A stretch of DNA of 64,000 nucleotides from Paraspadella gotoi (Eukaryota; Animalia; Chaetognatha): positions 9,680,757-9,744,756 of the forward strand of contig CM119264.1 in the NCBI GenBank assembly GCA_051294375.1, given 5' to 3'. The notes under the pieces are model-generated. The model did no database searches. It saw only the letters and a program-made list of their open reading frames with translations, and was not told where the DNA came from. This document shows, piece after piece, positions 52,418 through 64,000 of this stretch. Made by a program: the position numbers and the translations under genes. Positions within the stretch are counted from its first letter, which is position 1, and each line of letters starts with the position of its first letter.

Positions 52418-53665
52418 NNNNNNNNNNACTTCTAAGTCGATTCTTAAAAATACCGGAAACCTTCTGGGAATCAAAATTTCAAAATTGTCTAAAAAAGAAA
52501 AAAAATTGCTTTTTTGGCGTTTGCAGTTAAGGGTAAAAAGTAAAAAGTAACTTCTGAACTCTGTTTGAACTTTTGAGAAAACACGGGTTTTGAATAGCTT
52601 TCAAAAATAAATTTTTCATAATTGACAAATTAAATTTGTGAGTTGATTTTAAAAAAATCACTCGAATATAATTGGTTGGAATAGAATCGACAGGGAAGTT
52701 GCTCATTTCTTTAAAGATACTGCATGACTAGGTCCCTCTTGAAAAAAACAATATTAATGAGAATGANNNNNNNNNNAAATAAAATCGATGGGTATATTTC
52801 TTGAAAATCAGCATAAAAAGTAAGTTCTAAACTCTGTGTGAACCTTCTTAAAAGCACAGATTTCGAAATGTTTTCAAAAAAATAATTCATTATATATGTA
52901 GTCGGGCATTGCCGACAACATATAGATTAAATTACAAATCTGTTAACTTCTAAGTCGATTNNNNNNNNNNNNNNNNNNNNNNNNNATTTTCAAAAAATTT
53001 AAAATCAGTTTTGTGGTCTTTTTCCGGCATTATTTTCCCAGAATGCCCATTTTAATGTTAAAAGATTGTGGTTATTGAAAAAAGTTAGGGACTTGGTTAG
53101 TTATTAGCATTAAAGGTTTACGGTTAGAGGATAAGAGGTTAGTTAGGTTATGGATTGGTTCATAAGTTTAAAAATATATGGCTTTAGTTCTCCAACAATT
53201 AGGTTTTCAAAAATGAATCGAGAGACTGTGAAATATGGCTCAGATGAGATTTGTCTTTTTCTCTCTTTTCTATATTTAGTTTTCGCAGCTTCCGAACTGA
53301 AGGGCGCCTTCGTAACAAGTCATAATTGGTAAACTTTTTTTGTAAATAGTTTTGGATGATTGCAATCTCAAAGTGATTTTTTTCCCTCAAGAAAGGTATA
53401 AAACACTGCAGTAGACCAATATATCATCTGACCTTTAAGAAATGAATTGATAACTAATTAACTTCCTCTATGCCTTTCAATTTCACAGACAGAGAGCAAT
53501 GAGGGGGTTCTTCTGCCTGAGGTACAAGAATAAACAAAACAACTTGGCGTTTCACCAATTTCACCACCTGTATTTTCGGTGTTCATGATGTTTCACGATA
53601 ACAAATTCTAGTCTTCTACTGCTAAAATACAGAAAACTTTTCAACGAGTAGTCGCTTTTTAGAAA

Positions 53666-55243
53666 ATGTCCGGAGCAGTAAAAGGACGGCCTTCTCGTAA
53701 GTTATTGGTTTTTTTGCCGGGTATTTTAACTTTACTTTGGGCGTTGCTTAACTATTCAGGAAAATAACGAAAATTCTTTATGCGCCAACCAAACAATATT
53801 TCTATACGTAATGTCAAACTCAAATACAGAAATAAAGATTAACATGGCTTTTCTGCCAACGAGAAGGGGTTTCCATAAATTTACATGCTTTTGTGTAAAT
53901 GACGTAATATCACTGCGAACTAAATATAATATTAATAAACATTATTATTTAAAGTTTTTTGCATTACTAATTGCCAAAGATATACATTAACCAATTGATT
54001 TTGGTGGATCCGCAGGGCCAAAGGTGAATCTCTCTATCTACTTCTCGACATTTCAAAAAGACGCCGCCCCGGACGAAGTCAAAAAAGCTACAGAAAGTCA
54101 GTATTCTAAGTTATTCTAAACGTTGTCATAACGAATCTTTATTCGTTTTATCCTAATTTGTTCTAAGACAGTTTGGCGTTTAAAACATCATCCGGATAAA
54201 AAACCCCGGACACCCCGGCGCAGCGGAGAAGGTTAAAAGTCGTTCCGTCATTCTTTGTAATTTTCTTTTTATTTTGATCTCGGCAGACTTTTAAAGCTTT
54301 AATCAATTTGATAAAATTGTTTTTCGGCTTTAATGCAAATTTTTGATAAACGTGAAACAAATGAAAATGATTTTTTGTTCAGTAGTTTCAAAGGATCAAC
54401 CACGCTCATTCAGTATTAAGCGACGAAAAAAAGCGTTCGCAATCTACGGACGAAACGGAAGCTTTGGTCTCTACGTCGCCTGAGCCAATTCGGGGACGAC
54501 AACTGTGGAACACTTACTTTCAGATTGACTAGTCCAAGTGGTGCAAGCGTAAGGCCATTTGAACCACATGAGAGACGTATGACCCATTCATCCTCGCTTT
54601 TCCTCTAATCCGATAATAGTCCCATTTGTATCATTTTCCCCTTCAGGCCCTTCTTGGTATTTGCGGCCTGCATCACAGCGCTGCTATTCTGCTGCTGCTG
54701 CTTCTGGTTGCTGTTTCAACTTTTGCTGCGGCAAGTGCAAGCCGTCTACTCCATACGATGACCTCGATCCTCAGTGCGATCCCGATGAAGTACGTTCACA
54801 GTTTCGGTCTCTCTCACTCAACAACCCCTCTTTGTCTCAACACCCCATTTTATAGCTTCATCTTTTTTTAATCACTCCTCTTGGCGTAGCAGGACACGGT
54901 GAAGACGAGTCGATCCCGGTGTGGTGACGTCACAACCCGGAATCGTCGCCGCTCTCGAGAGAAGGCGGGCCGGTTTTTCGCGATGCCCCTCCACCCACCG
55001 CCAACGTGTGCTGGAGGTGGGATGGGGTTGGGTGGTGGGGTCGCTGCGTTCGGATTGCGAAGTTTTGGTGAAGAACTAAAAAGTTGGCGCAGAAAAGACG
55101 TCAGTGATGGATTCAGTCACAAAAAAAGTTGACAAATGAATGAAATTTTGCGTTCGTTGTTGTCATTGTTTGGCTGTTACTTTTTTTGTTTTGAAGTAAT
55201 GCGCAGTTTCCCATGATATTTTCGTAATTTATGTTATTATATG

Positions 55244-55274
<31 letters not shown>

Positions 55275-55563
55275 TATTATTATGTTATATTATATTAGCT
55301 GAAACAATATTTTAAAAAATTATACTACTACTGCTTTTTTCGTTGTTTTTTTTTTATTTACAGCTGATCCATTCCCTTCGAAAGTAACGGAGAACACGAC
55401 GCTTAAATTCCGATTCTTAAAGAGGTGCTTACGGGGGAACCCTCAAATCGACTGTCACTTCTCAGCCTTCGCCGTTCGTTCGTCGCGACGGAAGACGACG
55501 ACGTCTGTTAATGCGGAGACGACGACGACGGACGACGACATCGTCTTCCGCTGCCGAGAGTGA
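53666..55563 (+). pseudogene. DNAJC5: DNAJC5 copy 3, heavily indel-disrupted as assembled
   Basis: Collinear with 45845-47680, with dense 1-nt indels. Confidence 0.8.
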
Positions 55564-57288
55564 GTAGCATCCATCTGGCAACTTGTCTAAAAAACTTTTT
55601 TTCCCGCTTTTGGTATTTATTCTTTTTATTGTTAAAAATTTTCAAAAAAGTCTAAAATTTAATGTAACGGGATTGCTTATGAATATGATAAAAAAATTTA
55701 TTACTTCTAGTTTGTAATACGTGCCTTGTACGTAGTTTTGATTTTTGTTCAGAGTTTGTTAAATTTATATTTAAAATCCTCATTTAAAATTTTTTTTATT
55801 GTATTTTTGCTTTCTTTTTGCATTTAAAATAGTTTAGAGATGAAACGAAAATTCGTTGTATAGCAATTTTTTATTTTTATTAATTCATTGCTGATGCAAG
55901 ACTCGTAACACTAAGAGTCGAAACATGTACATTAATAAAAATTAAAATAAATTTGCTATTACAACGAATTAAACTCTTTAATCCTTTTTTTATGCCATTA
56001 ATTTATTCAGTCTTTTTAATATACCAAGAAAAAGGTTTGGAAAATTCAATTTAATAAAAATATTTTTTTTAGGAATAATTATGATTCCGGGTCACTATGA
56101 AATCGTCCAAACCCCAAATCTTTCAAAAGATGAAATATCCTACTAGAGGAGAAGAACAACTTAAACACGGATCATCATTTGATTTTTAAGGTTTGAGTTA
56201 CTTGATTACTTGTATAAGAAAAAAAAAATTTTAATTCAACATTTTTACGTATTTAGGTATAAGCATGATTTTGTAGTTTTATATATGTGTACCTTAGTTT
56301 TATCAAATTTAATTACTCTGCCTCGCAAGTATTATTATTTATGACAAATTTTTCATACAAGAAAATGAACTATTTAAATTTAAAAATTCCCTTTATATTG
56401 TGTTGTTTAAAAGTAAGAAAATTCTGTGTTGAAATGTTGGTTACTATTATTGCTCCGTGTAGTCGCGACGAATTTCAGGGATGGTTATTTTTGGTCTGTG
56501 GATATTTCTTTAGCATTAATTATTTGTTAATATTTAAGTTAATTTAACATGTATTATTACACTTTTTGTTGCGTGCTATGTTCGTTAATTTTTATCAGAG
56601 AAAAGTGTATAACTTAATGACTGCTTTACAATTCATAAAACCACGCATAATTTTTTTATAACTATTTTAATTTATGTATTACTCATATTTATTTAAAAAA
56701 ATTCAAAGTAAAAGAAAAACTTTAATAGTTATTCGCTTTAACATTTTAAACAAATAGATTAGATATGGAGGCTTATATACATTTGAAACTCAAAAATGTT
56801 ATCTACTTTTGCCTACGGTGATATTATATGCTTAGTTTTTTTATTCAAGCTTCTGCATTGTTAAAATTAATAAGAATAAACAAATATATCTTGTTATTTT
56901 AAATTTAAATAAGCACTCAAAAATAAACATTTTTTAAATTTTTCGCTTGCATTGCTTCCATAGGTTTTAAGTCTTTTCTGACGCTATCACTATATTTACT
57001 AAATGTTTAAATCAGTCATCCTTTGATAATATTTTTGAGAAACTTTATTATCAAAGGCACATTTTACAGAACCTAATCGTGCAACAGTTAATTTTAAGTT
57101 AAATGTAATGTTTCTTGTGGCATAATGTAAGAATTCGTTGGAATCACAGTAGTCATACTTAGAATTAGATTCAATACAATTTATCAAGAAAAGTATATGT
57201 TGAAAAAAAGGGCAATTTAGAAATGAACTCGCTGACAATAAATATAAAAAACTAAAAAACAAAACTACTTTCCAGTGAGGTGAGAGAC

Positions 57289-57334
<46 letters not shown>

Positions 57335-57834
57335 TGAAGAGAAGAGGAGAGAGAGAGAGAGAGATGCGATCTTAACGATTTTTATTATCTATTTATTATT
57401 AAAGGACGATGGAAATATTCATTGTATTTTATATTTTTTTTAATTAATCAAAATGGCAAGTTGTAACCGAAAATATTTTCCTATATTTTTACGTGCTCAA
57501 TTAGAAACACTTATTCTTCTGTATGATTTAGTTTATTTGTACAATGTAACATAAATGACACGGTTTCGATAAGTACTTTCTTATTTTTTCAGATTTGTTG
57601 ATTGACTTGATTTGCCAGTTTAATTAGGTAGCATAGAAATTGTTTAAAAAAATTAGTGGAAGTTACAGTAACGATTTTGTTTTAAATTAAATTCTATACA
57701 AAGCAGAAAAATAAATAAAACTTTTTTTCAAAATCTAATTTGATTTGATTTAAAATGAAAAAAAAAACAACACATGTGACGAAAATGGAACATTTTCTCT
57801 TCAGGATTTTCTAAATGAATTGCATTAGTTCGTT

Positions 57835-60472
57835 TCAAAAGACCTATGCTAGAGGACCCCTAACAAAGATGAGCAATGAGCGAACAAATGGAGCATTCAG
57901 TCGGTCGAGCATCCGGGCGACGAAACGCCACTCGGCAGATGTTGCGGGGCCGCCTTTAGCAGATTCGACAAACTGTCGTATCTTCTCCTTCATTATCGTC
58001 GCTAAGGTCCAGATGTTCGTTAGGCTGGTGGTGTTGGAACAATCGATTGATTAACTTTATTTATATTCATTAGATATATCTATAGCATCATTACATGACT
58101 CTTTTAATATTAATATATAATTATATCATTTATATAAATATTAGTATTACTACGTATATTAGAATTTTCAAACTCACGCAGACAGGAAATGACGGAGAAT
58201 CCCGAAGCCAAAAAACTTCCTGCAGTAGGCGGTGAGCGGACCTGGACGAGGAATTGGAAGCGGTTAGGCATCAGGGATGAGAAAGGGTGTTGCCAAATGA
58301 GTGCCAGCGTCAACGAACGCCATGTCTTGACCGCGTGAATAGCCTGACAATGGCCAACCGCGCCACCTTGTGGCGAGTTTAAAAAAGTACGTTAATTATT
58401 ATAAAAAAGCTTCTAAGTAAATTATTGTATTAAAAATAATAGTATGATAATAAAAAAAAGTGAATTTACCAGAACGGACAGTGACACAAGAATTGCGAAC
58501 ATACGATCAAGAGAGAACAACGATGGCGCCACAAAGATCGCTATTTCCGGCATTCGTGTAAAACAGAGGAGAAAAAAATTCCAATTTTAGTATAAAAAAT
58601 GAAAAAAAAAAAACCACTTTGATCGTAGAACGTCGATCTTACACGCAGGGAAGAATGACATGCGATAGTTAAAATGCACGTAGCGACGCCGGGAAATGAG
58701 AAGAACATGGAGAAGAGGACAACTGATAAATGAAAAAGAACTTGACGAGGAGGACAACTGGGATAACAATGAAGAGAACTTGAGAGGAGAACAACTGAAT
58801 AAACATGGAAAACTATAGAGAGAGGAAAGCTGATAAATGAGAAGAACTTGATAGAGCAGAGAGAAACACTGAATAAATGGAAGAACTTGAGAAAAGAGGA
58901 CAACATGATAAAATGTCAGCTCGATAAATTTGATATCGAAAGATTAGAATTAGTAACGAAATGATTCTTGATCCCATTTCAATTATTATAGAATTTTTTC
59001 TTCGTAGATAAAAACACAATTTTACATATTATACGTATGAAAATTTTTATCTGTTATTTGAATTTGTTTGCCATAATTTTAATCATTATCTTCAAAGTTG
59101 AGAAAGAAATTGTCGAAGCCTCGATCGCATTCAAGACCTTGCGATCTAATTCGAATGTGTATAAGGACGTGCTTCATTACGGTTCGGACAGCACTACAGT
59201 TAGTGAAGATGTGTCAGTTCACGTTTCTCGAATAAAAAAAATATTTTTAAAGCATTTGAGGTGTTTATTTATTAATTTTTTCCGAATTGTTATTATATGG
59301 TTTATATTTAGCGCTGATTGGCGACTAGGCATATTAGCCGAAAAATAAAACCAAATTCGATTGTTTTCAAATGAGACGTTTAATACCAATTGCCTTTTGT
59401 TTCCCATTACCGGAATTCATTAGAGAATGGCCCTGACATAGTCGAACCTCTTTGGTCATTAGAGAGTAATTCATACTGCAATAACAAAAAGTAAGTCATT
59501 AAAAAATGATATCGAACAATATACTAAGATTAACGAGGTGAGGTTACTTCGTATCCGGAATACGTCAAGGGCCCATCTTCAAATGCACCGGGTGAGTAAT
59601 CTACGGGATTAAAAAGTCATCCAGAGAAGAGCTTCCACACGCGCCTGAATTTTAGCCTAAAGAAGAATAGATTTAACTTTTTATATAGGACTTATGAAGG
59701 TTGGGAAAGCGTGAATTAAAAACGTTTTTCTACATTTTCAATTTACTTGAGAACAAAATAAGACTGATTCCTCGGGTGAAACAACGGCATTGCTATTTCT
59801 TCAATCTCGAAGGGCTCTGCGGCCGTTGCTAGAGAGTTACACATCCGGGATCCAAGAGTTTGAAGCATGGGGATTCGCAGCTGTGGCGTCAATCCGGTAA
59901 CATTGTATAGCCGTGATCGAAAGGAAAGCCTGGAGACAATCATGAACATTGTCACATGCAATTGGTGAAGAAAGCTTAAACGGAGTCAAGATATATATTA
60001 AAAACAGTTCAGAACCGAAAGAAAATGTGTCTGATGGAAAAAAAAGGATGAAAAAAACCAGGTATCACATGACAATATAAATGAAAAAATAGAGAAGGAA
60101 AAAATTACAAAGAATATAGAGAAATTCAACAATCATATCCTTCTAAACCATCGGGACTATATAACCACATGAGTATTCCAAAATGTCCCGGAAAAAAGTC
60201 TTCTATTGGCAACGTCACCCTCCAAAGACGCTATTGAGCGACAACCCCAACGAGACTGTCCGTAATGTTCTCCGGTTTGCGCGCTGCTGTAAGAGTTTTC
60301 AAAACGCGCCTGGGCAAAAACGAAACGAATCCATCGAAGGATTCATGATGTTCTGCCAATCGAAGACCAATGACTTCATCGCCCTTCTCTTACTTTGTGG
60401 CTTCCTCCGTCGGCCCTCCGCTTGCAGCGCGAAAGCGAAGCAAAACAACAAAATCGCGAAACAATGCGACAT
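57835..60472 (-). pseudogene. nAChR subunit copy 3, full length but heavily indel-disrupted; supplies the signal peptide
   Basis: ATG at 60472 gives MSHCFAILLFCFAFALQAEGRRRKPQ followed by a GTAAGA donor. The rest is collinear with 49903-52417. Confidence 0.8.
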
Positions 60473-61700
60473 AGTTTTCTTCTATTTTTTACTAAAAGAA
60501 AATAAAATCGATGGGCTATAATTCATTCTAAAAAATCAGCATTAAAAGTTCTAAACTCTGGTGTGAAACCTCTTAAAAGCGCCAGATTTGCGACAATGTT
60601 TATCAAAAAAATAATTCATTATACATGTAGTCGGGCATTGCGACAACGAATAGCAATTAAATTAACAAATCTGATATAAACTCAAGTCAGCATTTCTTAA
60701 AAATACCGGAACCTATCTGAGGAATACAAAAATTTTCAAAAATTGTCTTAAAAAAGAAAAAAATTGTTTTGGCTTTTGCAGTTAAGGCAGTAAAAAGTAA
60801 AAGTAAACTCTCTGAACTCGTTTTTGAACTTTGAAGAAAACACAGGGTTTTGAGTGCGCTCGTGCGCGAGAAGAGTGGAGAGGAGTTTTTCCATAATTGA
60901 CAAATTAAATTTGTGAGTTGATTTTTTAAAAAAATCACTCGAATTATAATTGGTTGGAATAGAATCGACAGGGAAGTTGCCTCATTTCTTTAAGATACTG
61001 CATGACTAGGTCCCTCTTGAAAAAACCAATATTAATGAGAATGAATTCGAAAAAAAAAAACAAAAATAAAAAAACCTTATTAATGAGAATGAATTACAAA
61101 AAAAAAAAACATTACTTGATTTCGAAAATTGTTTTTTAAGGCTAAAAACCGAAAGGATCAGCATTCGACGAATCGATTCGAGGATGAGATCTGACCCAGT
61201 CACGGTTGACTCCCATCCCTCACATCCCTCACTCCCCAGTCCNNNNNNNNNNNNNNNNNNNNNNNNNNNNNNNNNNNNNNNNNNNNNNNNNNNNNNNNNN
61301 NNNNNNNNNNNNNNNNNNNNNNNNNNNNNNNNNNNNNNNNNNNNNNNNNNNNNNNNNNNNNNNNNNNNNNNNNNNNNNNNNNNNNNNNNNNNNNNNNNNN
61401 NNNNNNNNNNNNNNNNNNNNNNNNNNNNNNNNNNNNNNNNNNNNNNNNNNNNNNNNNNNNNNNNNNNNNNNNNNNNNNNNNNNNNNNNTCTCTCTCTCTC
61501 TCTCTCTTTTTCTTTCACACTCACAAACACATCTTTGTATGAACTAAACCGAAGGCTTTACCCCCTGCCCCCTTCCTCCAACCATCGAACAAAATAATCG
61601 ACAACAACTTCCCTTAGACAATCGATCACTGTTCAAAACAGCAGCCAGGCGCTTTTATCACTTCCCAACAATGATTCAAAAACAGTTTTTTTTGTTTTGT

Positions 61701-61702
61701 TT

Positions 61703-61776
<74 letters not shown>
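61701..61776. repeat. (TTTC)n microsatellite
   Basis: Read directly. The same motif occurs at 6285-6365 on the opposite strand. Dozens of (AG/CT)n arrays elsewhere are not listed individually. Confidence 0.9.
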
Positions 61777-61778
<2 letters not shown>

Positions 61779-63607
61779 TATTTCCATATTTCTTTCTTAC
61801 TTTCTTTAATTTTTTCTTTCTTTTCTTTTCAAGCTATTTTGCTTCTTTCTTTATTTTCCTTCTTTGACTTCGTAAATTAGGTCAGTTTATTTGTACGGTC
61901 GAGTCCACTGTAACCTTTCAAGAGAGTGCTCGTTCAGCGTGACCTCTTAATGTTTTTTAACATACGTGTTCTATTGAGAACAAAGCTCTCAATAGATAAA
62001 ATGTGTATCCTAAAGTTTTTAAAGGATATCATGACAGTTGGATATCATGCAATCCCTAGAGCGACGGGGATGAGATTTGACCAGTTTTTGTTGACAAAAA
62101 CTTTATTATCTTCATTCAATAGTATTTGATTAATATTATGTGAAATAATGAACCTCTTGCTCGCTATCTAAAATAGACGTTTAACAATTTTGTGAAAAGT
62201 CGAAGAAAGTTAGGTTCGTAAAAAATGACATAGGAGAAAGAAGCACTTGCTCTATCTCTCTCTCTCTCCTGCTCTCTCTTTCTCTTCTCTCCTCTCTCTC
62301 TCTCTCTCTCTCTGCGTCGATCTCTCTCTACCTCTCTCCTTACTCCTCTCTCTCTCTCTCTGTTCAAAAAAGAAGATTTTTTTTTCGATCCCGATTTCGT
62401 ACTCAGTTTCAGTTTTTCAGTTCAACTGGTTTTGATTACTAGTCATTCAGCCGATAATTATTATTTTTTTTTTATTTCAATGGTGTTTACCTTAACCCTT
62501 CCAATTTCATTATCTTTTTACCTTTTAATATTTCTAAAACATTTACTTTTTTTTCTTGGCATTAATGCTATGCTTGTTAGCATATTTTTAACATTGCTTG
62601 GAGCAAATCTTCACCTCAAAGAAATAATGATTAAAAAAAAGTTGGAGTAAAAATCTGGTTAAAAATTAAAAGTTTTTTTTCAGCTCGAACTTCGTTTCGA
62701 ACCAACCTATAATTTTAGGCTTGAACTTTCAAAATTTCGCTTTCTTCTTTAACGTCTTTTTTTTTTAAATTTTATTTAGTTTGTAGGCATTGTGTTTTAG
62801 CGTTTATAGCTTTATTTTTAGTTTTATTTCAAACATTAGTTGATTGTAAACAAAAAAAATTTTATTTTCTGCCTGCATTTTATTTTATTATCTCTTTTTT
62901 TCCTCCCGAAATTAGATACCGTAAAATGTTTCCAGTCTTACAGAAATTATCCCGGTCGTGTCTCAGTATTAAAACTTCGCCCGTCGCAAAAGGAAATAAA
63001 ACCCAGTTCAAATTAAAAAAAAACTAAATAAATAAAAACTACTGCTTTAAAGAATCATCATAATCTAAGTTCAGTAGATCAATGTAGCAATATTATTAGG
63101 TTTAACACAACAGATTTCAAATGTTACCGATTTTCACCGTTATGATATTGTTCCATTTAGCCACAGTTTTATATTATATAACCTTTCTCTTAAACACGAC
63201 CATCAGGAAAAATGTTTATGAAACTCTATTTTTTATACTTCTTAGGCATGAAGATAAAACCTGGATAAAACTGGGATCGAGATAAGAGATCGTCTCGATC
63301 CTCCCATCGGACTTTTGATCCCCTTACGTTTCTCGCCGGGTACATCCTCTTCGAGAATTGGAAGCTACAACAACAATAAAAGATAACTATTTTATAATAA
63401 CCAAGTTAAATTTTAGGCAAAAATTGTAAGGAAAACTGCAAAAAACAAAGAACAAAAAAACGTTTCCATCCAAAACTAATAAACTCTTCCTCATCGCAAT
63501 TCGATCTCTTCCTTCCAATTTTTTTGTTCAATATTTTGTTATTGTCGTCGTTGTTATATTTTACTTTCACCCGCTCAATTCGTTCCGGCGCGCTCAAAAG
63601 AACAAAA

Positions 63608-63913
63608 ATGACGTCAGTCCTTAGCCCCATCAGCGCCGCCTTCTGGTCCCCCTCGTTCTGGCTCCTCGGCGACGTCTCTTGGTCCAATTTAACTTCGACT
63701 CCAACAATGCGTCTCCCGGAAGCGAGCGACGTCGCCTGGGTTCCCGTCGCCGCCGTCGTCTTTCTCGTCTTGCGACGCCTGGTTGAATCGTCGTTGGCGG
63801 AGCCACTGGCGCTCAGCCTCGGCGTTCCCCCGCGCCGGTCGAAACCCGTCAAGAATTTCAAAGACAACCCCGTTTTGGAGAAGTTATTTCGATCTTTTGA
63901 CAGGCGAGTCCAG
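63608..63913 (+). CDS. CERS: Ceramide synthase (LASS/CerS5-6/schlank-like), first coding exon
   Basis: AAAAATG start, 306 nt, ends CAG|GTTTAA. MTSVLSPISAAFWSPSFWLLGDVSWSNLTSTPTMRLPEASDV...VFLVLRRLVESSLAEPLALSLGV...NPVLEKLF matches the CerS N-terminal pattern FW..xFWL...xW.DL...P...DL...R..xE..xA.P.A..L.......N.xLEKxF that precedes the Hox-like domain. Confidence 0.9.
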
Positions 63914-64000
63914 GTTTAACCCAAATCAAATGATGGACCAAAGGTAAACTAAAAACGAAAAAAAAGGTTGCATGAATAAAAGTAAAAATACAGTATTTCA

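Noticed and set aside
38634-60472. Three true paralogues, or programmed frameshifting/RNA editing to rescue copies 1 and 3
   Set aside because: Indels fall equally in introns and exons and cluster in homopolymers, which is the pattern of sequencing error.

Overview
AT-rich, microsatellite-dense, intron-containing animal (invertebrate-like) genomic scaffold, apparently from a partly unpolished long-read or gap-filled assembly. Most ORF-track entries are microsatellite noise; the real genes only appear after manual splicing. I can support: (1) five phase-consistent exons of an unidentified single-pass membrane protein (801-5596, +); (2) the last four exons of ARHGAP39/vilse (20262-22097, +); (3) two minus-strand exons encoding a possible furin-processed Cys-rich, TGF-beta-like precursor (33973-28091); (4) a cytosolic sulfotransferase (37806-35942, -) with a GC-AG intron, head-to-head with (5) cysteine string protein DNAJC5 (+), which is convergent with (6) a divergent nicotinic acetylcholine receptor alpha-type subunit (-); and (7) the first coding exon of a ceramide synthase (63608-63913, +). 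The DNAJC5-nAChR block occurs three times in tandem (37.2-61.0 kb) and 5.5-12.2 kb forms a noisy fold-back. Indel-dominated differences, 25-N gaps and an adapter-like junction suggest both are assembly artefacts. The most unusual biology is in the receptor: a C-x14-C Cys-loop, an atypical pore helix, and a 6x34-bp minisatellite that multiplies the splice acceptor of its M1 exon. Repeats include a TA-flanked MITE, a Helentron-associated (HINE)-like family, and SINE-like elements.
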